DNA from: Lingula anatina
Taxonomy: Eukaryota > Animalia > Brachiopoda
DNA: 64,000 nucleotides
Reading direction: 5' to 3'
NCBI GenBank assembly: GCA_051362555.1
Contig: CM120647.1
Span: 4,216,001-4,280,000 of the forward strand
Under the pieces are notes generated by a model. The model saw only the letters and a program-made list of their open reading frames with translations, ran no database searches and had not been told where the DNA came from. Made by a program: the position numbers and the translations under genes. Positions 38,001 through 49,675 of the stretch are shown one piece after another; the first letter of the stretch is position 1; the number at the start of each line of letters is the position of its first letter.

Positions 38001-39156
38001 GATGTGACATTGTTTTAGTGTGATAACACAGATCGTTTTCAACAAAACTATATACTCAGTGGATGGCACATTTTGTTAGGTGTGACAAGTTATTTTCTCA
38101 GTTTAACTGAGTAAATAAAACCTGACAGTGTAAATGAATAAAAGATGTACATGAATCTAAAGATGTAAAAGATGACTGAAATATATCTAATTTGTACATG
38201 AGTAAACGTTTTACAGACATTAAAGACAGTCTAGATCAAGAATTAAGTCTGCTCCCTTGACTCTGAAGGGTTTAGCATCACCTCTGTGTAGATATTCAGC
38301 TCAATGGTTGAATTATTTCAGGTAGTTGAACAGAAAGCTCCCAGCTTCAAGAATTGTTACGCCAAAGATATCGATGCAGAGGTCACCACCAGTAGGTCGT
38401 ATCACCTTGATGACGAGGCCAGCACGGAGGTCGAGAAAGAGGAAACTGCACAAGGTAAGGGGTAATGAAGTCAGCTATTTTATTTTTCAAAGAGAAAGAA
38501 TAAAGATACTACTAATAAAATTCATTTGAATTCTTTAAAACAGCACTTGAATTCTTTAAAACAGCACTTATCATGCATTTCAGTGCTGTTTCCAGTTAAA
38601 AAGGGAAATGGTTAAGGCATTAAATTAGGAATGTCCACTTAAAATTTATATTGTAAACTATGAAATATAAAACATGCATTGACACAATTTAATTTCCATT
38701 ACAAGTACTATGTATTTTTCACAACTATCAACTATTACCCTCTGTAACAATTATGTTAACAGTAATCATTATGATGGTGATGGTTCATGATGTGATTTCA
38801 ACATTTGATTTTATTTTATCATATTTCAGGTCACAGATACGGTAACACATTAGTGCCTTTCAGTGAAGATGACATAGCAAACATGAAACTGAAAACTGTG
38901 AAGTGTTTTAAGCTTTTAGGATTTACTGAAACTAAAAATGTAAGTGAGTGGAATGGTTGTGGTAATATGAAATATAGAAATCAGATTGCTTTCACTATTA
39001 TAAGGTAAACTATAGAGTATTAATTTATTTCATTTTTGAATGTAGAATTAATGAAAATTCAAACAAGTCTGTGATAACGACACAAAAAAGATTTTTAGCA
39101 GACATTTCAAAAACCATTTACTATGAAAAAAAAACTAGCAAGATACAACAGCATTA

Positions 39157-39208
<52 letters not shown>

Positions 39209-39650
39209 TAGGTGAAGAGGCATCACTTCTTAGGGAACAATGTCCAGTCCTTTGTTGCTGAAAAAGATGATGAGGTAAAGTGGGGTAATGTGCTTTCATT
39301 ATTAATTAACATACATATAGACTTGGGTTATGTTTTATAGAAGACATCCCATATAATACACTAATTGAGACTGGTGATATTTGTCTATTAAGTATGAACT
39401 CTGTTATTTGTATATACCATTTTTTGTTGCTAGACAAAACTGTAGCATTTACATTTAGTATTTTATAGGCATGTGTCCAATTTATGAGAGGTCTAGTTAA
39501 CACTGAAAGATTTTATTTATTTATTTGTCCTTTTGTTAAAAACAAGTGCAAGTTCTACAAATACAAGAAAATCTGTGCATTATTTCCAAGCTATGATTAA
39601 CAGTTGTAAGTTGTGAAATTCCTAACATCATTTCCATTATTATTATTATA

Positions 39651-39688
<38 letters not shown>

Positions 39689-39869
39689 GAAAGGTTCAAA
39701 TTCAATGAAGTAACTGAGTACATATCTCTTCAGGCAGCAGGCGTGGCTCTCTCTGCCTTCATCCGCGCCCTCCACGAGACCAACTGTGTCGCCATAGTGA
39801 GGAAGGTGTACAGGGCCAATAGTGACGCCAAGCTAGGGGTGCTGTCACCACACATCAAGGCTGGATATG

Positions 39870-39941
<72 letters not shown>

Positions 39942-39953
39942 ATGATAGAGAGA

Positions 39954-39996
<43 letters not shown>

Positions 39997-40039
39997 TAGA
40001 GAGATATGTATGAGAGAGAGAGAGAATGATAGAGAGATA

Positions 40040-40090
<51 letters not shown>

Positions 40091-40100
40091 TAGAGAGACA

Positions 40101-40133
<33 letters not shown>

Positions 40134-40188
40134 ATGATAGAGAGATATGTGTGTGAGAGAGAGAGAGAGAGAGAATGATAGAGAGATA

Positions 40189-40231
<43 letters not shown>

Positions 40232-40241
40232 TAGAGAGATA

Positions 40242-40288
<47 letters not shown>

Positions 40289-40298
40289 TAGAGAGATA

Positions 40299-40345
<47 letters not shown>

Positions 40346-43300
40346 TAGAGAGATATGTGTGTGAGAGAGAGAGAGGTGTGTGTGTGAGACAGAGAGAGAG
40401 AGGAGTTCAGGGCCAATAGTGTGGGCGAGGTAGGGGTGTAAGAGGGATGTGTGAAGTTTTTCTAGAACATTTAATATTTCATCTTTTATATTTCATGTAA
40501 TAATGTATCGCACTGTTAATACAGACAATAGTTCCATTTTAAACTACAATAGCATCACATATTAATTGAACATGCAATAATAAAATTTTGTTTTTTAAAA
40601 TATTCATTTTAGTGCCTATTCTACAATGAGATTCCCTTCATGGAGGATGTGCGACAGTTTACCTTTGGGTCCTTACCCTTAGAACCAGATAGCGAACTAA
40701 ACAAAAAATTTTCTCCCTCAGGTAACAATGTTCAGTTCTCACTGGCATGGTAATTATTTTAAAAAAAATTGTATATTTCTCTTAGCAATATAATTTCATA
40801 TAACATTATACTTGAAGTAAATAAATCAGCTTGTCCAAAGAACTCCTTTTTGTGCAGAAATGGAATAAAAAAAGAAAATATTAGTTGATGAATGCAGTTG
40901 TACAACATCAGTACAATGTATGTATCTATGTATGTATGTATTATTATTATAATGATAATTATGAATGAATTATTTGTTTTATTTTGGTCTCCAGATGACC
41001 AACTAAGGGCAATGGACAACCTGATTGATTCCATGGATCTGTCTAAAACATCACAGTAAGTGGGAGATATTGTTATATGAAATGACATAGTTTACAAAAA
41101 TTGAACAACAACTAACAGCTTAAGGACCATTCCCAGACCCTGTCATACTAACTGTGGATCGATCTGTCTCCATGGGGATTTTTGCTAAATTGCTATCAAC
41201 TTAAGTGGCTTAGATGTCTGTCGCGCCCACTGAAGCTGCTAGGGGGAATTAATTATCGTTTAGCAGCTTCAGTAAGCATGCCAGACATCTAAGCTGCTTA
41301 AACTGAAACCAATTTAGTGAATAACCCTTTGGAGATGGAGCGATCCTGTTAGATCGATCTAGGTATGGGAACCCAGTCTTAGCTGAATGATGATTTTCAA
41401 ATTTGCCAGGCATTAAATTTTGGTTTTGTTTCTGGTCTGTTGGTGAGCTTTTATTTATTCTTTTCAAAAATAGGATCTGATTTAAAACTGTTTATTTTAG
41501 TACTCTGTAGCACTTCATAATATTCACATAATTTACCGGATTTTGGTCTTTATACATGTACACATACACATTGATGCAAATGGTGTAGACACAGTTCTTT
41601 TTGTGTCTATGAATAACCTGACCAATTAAATACCTAGTAAGCAAACTGTTCAGTTACCTATCTTGTCCTGATTGTTATCCTCCAAAATACACCTGCAATG
41701 CATCAGATGGTCAACAATAAATGAAGTTTACCTTTGCAATGCATCAGATGGTCAACAATAAATGAAGTTTACCTTTGCAATGTATCTTGATATTGTAATT
41801 AAGCCTAAGGTCAATAGCATCTTACACGTACCACATATCTTTATATTTGGACCTTTTTATATCCCATGTCTTACTTCACAGGGGAGATGAGGAGGAGGAA
41901 GAAGCTCTTAAACCTAAACTTACTTTCAATCCACACTTACAGAGGTTATATCAGGTTAGTATACACCTATCTTACAGGGGCTGTATATATCAGATTAGTG
42001 TAATATAGATTAAATTTTATGTAATGATATCTATTGGTTTTCAAAGGCATTTTGAAATATTCAAGATACCAAAGTACAAAGATCTGATATGTAGCATGCA
42101 AACTATTTATTTTTATTGTTTTGTTATTATTATAAATAAGATGGCACAGTTTAGAAAAGTCTGATTTCAGTCTCAAAAGTATAAGGGTGCTTTCCCAGAG
42201 ATTTAGATCGATCTAAAGATTAAGTTTTAGATCGACCTAACTCCCTGGGATTTCACGCTAAATTGCAGTCAGCCGAGCAGGCACCATAGTTAATTACCCC
42301 CTTACAGCTTTTAGTAGACATGACAGACGCTTAAGCCGGCCAAGCTGACAATAATCTAGTGAGACTCCCCACAGGGAAAGATCGATCTAAAAATCTATGG
42401 AAATGGGGTTTAAAACTTCTTTCTTTTTCTTTTCTTCTCCAGTGTCTACAGCACAAAGCTCTAAACCCAGATGACCCACTGCCTGAGTTGTCCCCCATCA
42501 TTGCAGATTACCTGAAACCCCCTCAAGAAGTGCTGACCAACTGCCAAACACATGTGGAGAAATTAAAGGAGGTCTTTCCTCTCAAAGTTGTTGTAAAAAA
42601 GAAGGAAGAAGTGTCTGCAAAGTCCATGTTCCAGGACAAGTAAGTTGTGTTTTCTTTTACTTATTGAATATAGTTTTTACTTTTGATGATGATAATTATA
42701 GTAATGGTAAAATCTTAATTTTCTTCATAAAATGATTAAAATTATTTAAATGCTGACATTTGAATATTAAATGACACTAACAGTAAAAAGAATACAACAT
42801 AAAAATATCATTTAGCAAAACTTAGCAAATTCCTATATTTCATTGTAAAATTATTACTAAAGTAATTGTCGCAATGTTTGATTGTATGTTAAGTTTGAAT
42901 ACCTCATAAAAAACTGTAGTTTTTACCTGCTGTTTTCTGGCTTTCAGGCTTCAAGTGATATTTAATGATGACTATATATCAAAACTAAATCAAGGAGAAC
43001 AGGAATTTTTCCTGTCTTTTTCTACATCTTCCATGATGTGGTGACAAGCTTGAAGGTTTAGTAATGCATTCTTTTTTGCTTAAGAATTTTGCAAAAAAAA
43101 ACAGCTCAGACATAAATTCAAAATTCTTTCTTCCACTTTCTTTGTCTAGACCCATAGGTGATGTGCCAGCTTCCAAGAAACCAAAACTTGACGATGGTGC
43201 ATTGGGCGATATGAAACAACTGGACAAGGTCAAGGTCACAAAGGTTGGCACGGTAACACCAGTGGAGGATTATTGGGCCATGCTGAGTCGGAAAGATGAG

Positions 43301-45789
43301 GACATGTTTGAAGAGGGTGTGTGTCTTCTTTTATGCAGGTTCTTTTTATCAGTATTTTTATCAGTTCTTTTTTCTGTGTATATATACTATAATATAATAT
43401 AATGGTAAATGATCTGATATTTACTCACTCTTATATTTCAACTGCACATCTGAATGACTTTCTTTTTGATTGACAAAAAGTTAATGAATTATGGATGTTC
43501 AGTAAAAGAAATTCTATGACATTTTGTGCCTTATACTGATTGTACTTTGGAGAATTTTTGTAACAATAGAAAATAAATTAATTAATAATATCATATTCAT
43601 ATCATCTATGATCCATTACATCAATAAGTTTTGTTTTTTTTTTAAATGAGAGATGCAAATTCTTCAAAAGAGTTTGTATAAGACTTCATTTTTATATTAT
43701 ACTATATTTTCAGCCTGTAAACAGCTAGAGAGTGTAATAATAGACATCATTATGGGGTCATTTGGTGCCCAGTCCTACCCCAAGGCAATGGAGTGTATGA
43801 AGGCACTAAGAGAAGCTGCCTTAAAGGTAAGTAATAATCTGATTGAAAAAAATAGGAGAATATTGAAGTGCATTCCAGTATTAGAAGCTACAGAAAATAC
43901 CAAAGTAACATGTAGTTGCAAACTTTCAATTTCTGAGAATTTTCTGATGATTTCCTTTTCTTTAATACCAGCACTTACCAGTGTTCTTGGCAGATGGAGA
44001 TATCAAAATATATAATGTCTGCCTACCTCTGCCCTCTACCAGTAAAAACACTAAGAGTTTAAAAATTGAAAAAAATATATATATTATGATACAAGGAAAA
44101 AAAGAGGCAAAATTTTGTTATTTTCATCTGATTATCACTCTGAGAATGCTCACCTGCTAGCATTATTATTATATTGTGAATCTGTCCAGCTCTTAGATGT
44201 TAAACAGATTCAAATAAACCATATGGTCAGATAAAGCGTGAAGACTGACATTTAATTTGTCATTGGCTAATCCCACCATTTTCTTGAATCACCAGATTCT
44301 AACCTCTTTCACTTTGCTTTTGTAGTGCTTTCTTTTTAGGTTTCTTGACATTCTGTTTTCTTTGTTTCGGTACATTTTGTATTGCTCATGGTCACTAGAT
44401 GGCAAAGCTTTGGACTTCATTCTGATGGTATTTCGGAAGTCATCATTAACCCATGGTTTATCATTGGAGTGTCTAGTGACTTTGCAGAGAGTTAGATGAG
44501 TGTCAGTGAGTGTTGTGGCCTGTCTGGTGAAAAACTCAAACTGTTCCTGACATGTCTTCCTTTGATAGAGTTCTCTCTATGATATATTCTCGATGTCATG
44601 CGTCAAGAAGGCCAATGCATTTTGGCTCTTTTACAGAATGAAGGTTGTAACTTTGTGCCCTGTGGAGAAGGAGCTATATGGCCTAGGAGAGCATATGACT
44701 GTGTTGTGATCTGACCTGCCAATTGACCCAAGACAGTGGGGTTCTTTGTACAGTTCTTGCATATTTATAAAACTTTTTGTCTAAAATCCATTTGCCTCTT
44801 GTTGGGCATTTAACAATTTGCCTTAGTGGGTAATTTTTGATCCTATTGTTCTTATGGGTCTATTTTTTAGGTGCAGCAGCAGCTTCCTGCAGATTAGACC
44901 CCATTCCCAGAGATTAGATCGATCCAAACTAGATCAACCTAACTCCCTGGGGGTTCACACTAAATAGCTGTCAGCCGAACGGGCACAGAAGTTCATTACC
45001 CCCTTACAGCTTGTAGTAGGCAGGACAGACATTTAAGCCGGATTATCTGACAGCTATCTAGTGAGACTCCCCACGGAGATAGATCGATCTAAAATCTATG
45101 GGAATACACCCTTAGACACATACCACTTTACACAGTATGTAAGCTGTTCCAAGTATGACCAATGATTGTGCACGATGTCGGGTATGTCTAACTTCTCTAT
45201 CAGGTCTTTGCAATCTTCAGGATTGTTCCAAGTGACTGGGATTGTTCCAAGTTCCCCAGTCACAATCAGTATCACTGACACTTTTGATGCTCTGTGAATT
45301 CTCTTAATTTTAAAAGCAAGGTCCTGAAATCTGTCCACTTTCTCTTCCTCAGTCTTGATGATTTTTTGGTCTGCTGGTGCTGCTACATCAATTTATGTCC
45401 GTTTCTGTGTATCTTTCTGCACTAGGGTCATGTCCAGTTGATTGTGACTTAGTTTCTTATCTATGTAAACAGTCATGTCCCAGGTAATTCAAACGTCTCC
45501 ATTCTCAACAACTGCAAGTGGCTGATTATTATGATTATTAATATATATTAACGTGCCGTAGGTCCGCACAATTAAATTCCAAACTCACAGAAGACCAAAC
45601 AATGTATATAAATCAGCAACAGATTTTATTTACAACAATGAAACAAAATAAGATTAAACGATTCATACAATGTAGACATCTGCCTTTAACAGAATCACAA
45701 ATATATATGTAAGTCTTTATAAAGCAAAAATTTTAGTTTGTCATAAAGAGGACAAATCAAACGTAATATAGATCAAATTAAATCTGTCA

Positions 45790-45841
<52 letters not shown>

Positions 45842-47340
45842 TACTTTTTAGCACCTGGAGCCTGGGGTATTTAACAAATTTTTCACCCAGTTTAAGAAGG
45901 AGATGGAGCACTACAATAAAATGGTTCTCTTCGAGATGGCAAAGAACTGTAAGTTTAAAATAATAATATAAATAAGCACTCATCTGTACTTGAAATATGT
46001 TCAGTGACCTACTTACAGAAAGAATAATTGCTTGAATAAGAAAATGAATGAGTACCCAAATGAATGAATGCAGCAATACAAAAAAAAAAAAAAGAAAAAA
46101 AATGATATATTAATGAATAAATTAATATGTAATATTAATGTAGAACAATAATAATTAAAACATAATTTGATGATAAAATCAGTAAAAAAAAATAATTTTT
46201 TTTTTACTTAAAAGAAATAAGTGACTGCTTCTTCCACTCTCCCAAAACAGTATGTTTATAACTTTTTTTTATATCCTTATCCCCTGCATTTCATCATAAA
46301 AATGTTCTCATCTACTGTTGTAAGGTTTTCAAGAAAAGCGTGCCCCCTCCCCCCCACACACACACACACAGTCTTTTAGCATAGGGCACATTCAGAGCAG
46401 TGGACTAACGGATCTGCAGATCAAATATGGCCGACCTACTTGAATGTGTGTGGTGTTATCCCAGCGGGGAATCTATTCAGTGTCTAAGACTGCATTCCCA
46501 GAAATTTAGATCGATCCATCTGGATTGACCTAACTCCCTGGGGGTTCACGCTAAATTGCTGTCAGTCGAGCACACACCATAGTTAATTGCCCCCTTACAG
46601 CTTTTAGTAGGCGGGACAGACATTTAAGCCTGTTAAGCTGACACCAATCTAGTGAGACTCCACAGGGGGATAGATCGATCTCAATATCTATGGGAATGGG
46701 GTCTAAGCGACAAGCTTTTTAGTGGTCGCCATATTTGATTTGCGGATCTGTAAGTCTGCTGTTCTAAATGCATAGTCCTGTGTTCTTTAATGAAAATATA
46801 TATTTGGAATCACAAATTGATAAAAGAACTCCACATGTTCCAGCTGGTCTCAGGCTGATAGACAATGAAGAGTGTGAGGAGAGCACTTACTCCAAGGACG
46901 CTGTGGCCGAGTTCATGGCAGACGATGTGAAGAAAGAGAAAAAGGAAGAAGAGGAGATGCAGGAAGAAGATGCAGACGACTTGGTAAAACACATTTTTAA
47001 TTCATTACTTGGTTGTATGGTTCCTTTTGTAGCTAGTTTTTGAAAGGAGTGACAAACGTTTATCAATGATTTTAATAAAGTTGGTTCTAATTTTAAGTGA
47101 TTTACTCACATTAGATTTCAGGTAAATGTTCCTTTTTTGTTTTTTGATAATTTAATCTTCAAATCCCCTTCATAATGGATAAATTTAAAAATAACCTGAT
47201 TGAAAATGATGTTTTGCTCAAACATAATCTATCCCCCTGTTAAGGATTATGCTATTCAATCTCATCATTCTTTTATCATTAAAATTTGTTCTCATTTATT
47301 TTATTTTATTTTATCTTATTTTCAGCTGGATCAGCTATAG
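27504..47340 (+). CDS. XRCC5: Ku80 (X-ray repair cross-complementing protein 5), 726 aa, 20 coding exons
   Basis: Exons 27504-27518, 28651-28764, 29525-29708, 30072-30120, 30443-30568, 36886-37047, 37822-37936, 38322-38454, 38830-38939, 39212-39274, 39734-39871, 40613-40721, 40995-41055, 41882-41954, 42443-42639, 43150-43316, 43714-43826, 45852-45948, 46844-46983, 47326-47340; sum 2181 nt, in frame. vWA domain (KEAIAIVLDVGPSM, DEIALILFGT, ADFIDA), core (GHRYGNTLVPFS, IPFMEDVRQF, NPHLQRLYQCL), VGTVTPVEDY, and C-terminal EEDADDLLDQL resembling the DNA-PKcs-binding tail. Confidence 0.97.
28259..28473 (+). mobile_element. Tourist-like MITE, copy 4
   Basis: Full-length copy with TTA/TTA TSD, in XRCC5 intron 1. 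Confidence 0.85.
28918..29240 (+). repeat. Three intronic echo copies of the XRCC5 exon-2 end and donor
   Basis: GGGACAGCTATCACTATGATACTGCAGAGAAAG|GTTGGGACTAC (exon end 28732-28775) recurs, diverged, at ~28919, ~29085 and ~29184, separated by (GT)n and G-runs. Confidence 0.85.
29709..30071 (+). other. U12-type (minor spliceosome) GT-AG intron, XRCC5 intron 3
   Basis: 5' site GTATCCTTT; branch point TCCTTAAT at 30054-30061, about 10 nt from the AG; no polypyrimidine tract. Splicing restores ADF-IDA. Confidence 0.92.
30715..31291 (+). pseudogene. Decayed two-exon SAP-like gene inside the transposon
   Basis: MPGAILNKPFEATEVPEVKSW* (stop, frameshift) TSGKKEELIKR, donor AG|GTATG at 30829, acceptor at 31224, then CKLYSEDRERNKILDPDGREN*. 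Fits the SAP pattern V.EL...L...G...SGKK.ELI.R. Confidence 0.6.
31633..31742. mobile_element. Small fold-back MITE nested in the transposon
   Basis: TTCACAGTCAGGTTTAAACCTGGTTTTAGTTTTACT is inverted with AGTAAAACTAAAACCAGCTTTAACCTTGCTGTGAA. Confidence 0.7.
31967..32540 (-). pseudogene. THAP zinc-finger plus coiled-coil N-terminus of a truncated transposase
   Basis: MPLGGSVCFVPVCFNN...LSFYAFPKDPKKRGIW...HRVCSAHF...PTIFP carries the C2CH and P/W/F/P THAP signature. A frameshift leads to a coiled coil (MEQKIRSLEIELLETRVEL). No DDE domain follows. Confidence 0.85.
32917..36760 (+). mobile_element. Helentron-associated (HINE/DINE-1-like) element with internal 161-bp tandem arrays
   Basis: 5' palindrome TGTACAGACACA-GA-TGTGTCTGTACA (32923-32948) and a (GTC)n microsatellite. 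161-bp units start at 33004, 33165, 33326, 33487, 33648, with four more at ~34203-34856. 3' inverted repeat TGTCTGTACA (36728-36737), hairpin GACAGCTTTGCTGCC, then TTGTT. Confidence 0.8.
36360..36578 (+). mobile_element. Tourist-like MITE, diverged subfamily, nested in the HINE
   Basis: GGGACTATTTCCAGA...TATGGGAACTCAGTC, GATCGATCT cores, TTA/TAA flanks. Confidence 0.75.
37150..37290 (+). repeat. Internally deleted echo of XRCC5 exon 6 and its donor
   Basis: GTTTTGATCAACTTTATTAAA matches intron sequence at 36818-36838. GGAGGCCATGGTAAAACACTTGCTGTCACAGGTAGAAGG...TTCAG|GTAAATTGTCAGG matches the exon-6 end and donor. Confidence 0.85.
37381..37638 (+). mobile_element. Tourist-like MITE, diverged copy
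   Basis: GACTACATTCCCATA...ATGAGAACGGTCCC with TTA/TAA flanks; internal similarity to the family. Confidence 0.65.
39872..40400. repeat. Compound (GT)n/(GA)n minisatellite with core AATGATAGAGAGATATGTGTG
   Basis: About 9 units begin directly at the exon-11 donor and end in a short exon echo CAGGGCCAATAGTG (~40388). Confidence 0.9.
41123..41378 (+). mobile_element. Tourist-like MITE, diverged subfamily
   Basis: Closely similar to 36360-36578; TTA/TTA TSD. Confidence 0.8.
42185..42410 (-). mobile_element. Tourist-like MITE
   Basis: Near reverse complement of 10464-10689; TAA/TAA TSD; ends about 30 bp before the exon-15 acceptor. Confidence 0.87.
44230..44890 (-). mobile_element. Decayed LINE ORF2 fragment (APE endonuclease C-terminus, CR1/L2-like)
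   Basis: Translates PLRQIVKCPTRGKWILDK (frameshift) FINMQELYKEPHCLGSIGRSDHNTVIC, later RHSNDKPWVNDDFR: PTR, LD, SDH and KPW motifs, with stops and frameshifts. Confidence 0.8.
44897..45111 (-). mobile_element. Tourist-like MITE
   Basis: Full-length copy; TTA/TTA TSD. Confidence 0.87.
45150..45530 (-). mobile_element. Decayed RLE-type non-LTR retrotransposon 3' fragment (R4/Dong- or NeSL-like)
   Basis: ITWDMTVYIDKKLSHNQLDMTLVQK...IDVAAPADQKIIKTEEEKVDRFQDLAFKIKRIH...VILIVTGELGTIP matches the WD..HNRPD..IDVA.P..EK..Y..LA..GALG restriction-like endonuclease pattern. Confidence 0.8.
46389..46770. mobile_element. Long-TIR non-autonomous element hosting a nested Tourist-like MITE
   Basis: CATTCAGAGCAGTGGACTAACGGATCTGCAGATCAAATATGGCCGACC is inverted with GGTCGCCATATTTGATTTGCGGATCTGTAAGTCTGCTGTTCTAAATG. 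Confidence 0.75.
46488..46703 (-). mobile_element. Tourist-like MITE (nested)
   Basis: Full-length copy; TAA/TAA TSD. Confidence 0.87.
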
Positions 47341-49453
47341 GAACAATTTAATAGTGAGATAAAGACAAGCTGTATCAAGGACAAGCTATAGGGAAAAGTG
47401 ACAGTGAATAAGATAATTCAATACTTCAACTTACACATGAGGATGGCAATGATTCTGCATTACAAGTTTCATAGAAATGGAAAAAAAAGGTCCATTTGTT
47501 TAAGTGTAAATAGCTGTAGAATATAAATTGTATATTATGAGAAAAGACAACTTCACGAAAGACGCCAATAATCAGCACCAGAGGTACAGGGTGTGTCTGA
47601 ACATTTTTATACAAAATGTTGATGATACAAAATACCTTTTTGCAGTCCCTAGAACTGTGGGTATTTATGACCCCGACGAACGATTTCATGTGTTCATGTA
47701 GTAATTGTCAATATAAAATGTGGGTTATTTGCTATAAATATGTACATGGATCTGTTCATTGTGCTTAAAACAAGGATAGAAATTTATTTGTAAAGCGTAC
47801 GTGTTTTGATTCTTTTTTGTTCGGAACCTAAATAACAAAGTACAATTAGTAAGTGATGGTTCATATTAAGAACCGCAGACAAAATGTGAATGATATGTGT
47901 TTTGTGTCAAAATTCCAAAATTCCGTCACTATTTGTCCTGTCTTCAACAAATTGGTAACTAATTTTACAAGGCGCTACTTTTATTGATAGATCTGCATTG
48001 AACAGATTTTGGCAGTCTGTCCAAATGTTTTGTTTATTTTTCACTTTAGAGCCACTATACTACTACAAAGAGACCGGCACTACAGCGGTAAGGTCGGCGA
48101 TCTCTCGAATCTACAACAATGATAATTGGACCGATTAACGGTAATATTAATTAATTTGTGACTAATAAGCGTTAATACTGCATTCCATATTTTGCCCATG
48201 GCGTTTATAGCCAACCGCGAAAAGCTTTTCAAGTTACACCGTTTTCTCTGCTGTTAAACTTATAACCAGAGGACCTGGTGTATATTTATTATTTTACTTG
48301 ATCTATAAAATGGCTTTTGATAACACGTGAAATGGGCATACGCACGCACACAAATACACACATACACGCGCGCGCGCGCGCCTTTGTGAAAAAATTAAGG
48401 GGAAAATGAGTAACCTGTTTGGAAAATGACACATTTTGTCTCCCATTTCCTCAGACTAGTTAACTAAGCTGCAGAGAGACGCGGGGCGGGTCTTTATTTA
48501 CAGACCCTCTAACCCCTCTTTGTAACGAGTACCTATTACGGGTAAAAGATATGAAAACAACATCACAATCGAAATGAACGCCGCTGCTTCAGGTAGTACC
48601 ACTATCTTAATTAAGTCGCCTATTGACAGGGGGAGCATAAAACCATAAACGCTGGCTCGGGGGAGGCGGAACGCTGGCGGATCCTTTGATGTCGTGATCG
48701 ATTTACCGCTTTACGACATCTCGACAATGGAGTGCGGGATCCTCGTAAATTCTTTTACTACCATGTTCCAAGCCAAGACGTTGGCCATTGTTTTATAAGT
48801 GATGTCACCTCGCGCTGTTAAAAGGTGCTAGTTATTGTTCAATGTCGACGTTAAGTGACACTAAAACTGTTTATGTTTTGCCGTGTTGGGCTAATGTTAA
48901 TCTTTGTGGCGGGTTTACTGTCGAGGCGACACCCGGCTACCGTTTGTTTCGTCTTTCTTTCAAATCCCACACACGTAGAGCGTAAATATATATATGATAC
49001 AGAGTTCGTGCGCGGGATGGTTAAAATTAAAGACTGATTGGCGCCCAGTATTACATTTTAAGATAAGAAGAAAAACGCCATTGATTTCAACGGGTATATA
49101 GTTATTACCAGTAGATATCAGACAAAAATATTATTTAAAAAATTAAAAACAAAATCTCTCCTCCATTCATTCTGCGATCTACGAAAGCGGAATTGATAAT
49201 TCACGGTAAAACAAATGAGCGGGGACCTTATTTTGATAACTTTCTCGTGGGTTTCCAATCTATTTATGAAGGAAGAGACCTAACCGCCTTGTGCAAGTGC
49301 TTGATGTATCATTGAAGGGGGAGATGGTAGACGTTTCGCACTTCACCGTGATTCCTACATAGTAGATTGCAGAAGAGCCGGTTATCGATGTCGAGCGGTT
49401 CGTGGGCCAAGGGAAAGGAAAATATCAGAGGCTTTTCTACGTCGCCGGGCAGA

Positions 49454-49675
49454 TTATAGATGGATCAACAAACTCCTCGTTCTATCTGTTTGTCGGGACA
49501 CGATGTCCTCTTCAACTTCTACATTTTCTTTATCAGCCTCTTCATTGTTGTCTGATTTCGGCAGAGGTCCCTGATTAGCGCAGACGACATGATTGCGCGC
49601 CATTGATAGCTGCCTCAAGTGGGTCTTGTGATGATGGGTGTACGACTTCTTGATTAAAATTTCCAATGATTTCAT
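49454..49675 (-). CDS. Putative small protein (73 aa) of unknown function
   Basis: ATG lies one base after a good acceptor (ATTTACAG|C-ATG). Non-repetitive, GC-richer than its flanks, basic helical N-half and acidic C-half. No family recognised. Confidence 0.4.
   Translation of the reverse strand: MKSLEILIKKSYTHHHKTHLRQLSMARNHVVCANQGPLPKSDNNEEADKENVEVEEDIVSRQTDRTRSLLIHL

Noticed and set aside
39730-40416. 228-aa ORF, the longest in the track
   Set aside because: Antisense reading of (GA)n/(GT)n repeats plus XRCC5 exon 11.
41693-41785. 41-bp tandem duplication, with similar short ones at ~37970, ~38528 and ~61773/61898
   Set aside because: Ordinary local slippage not involving splice sites; useful only as background for the exon-echo test.
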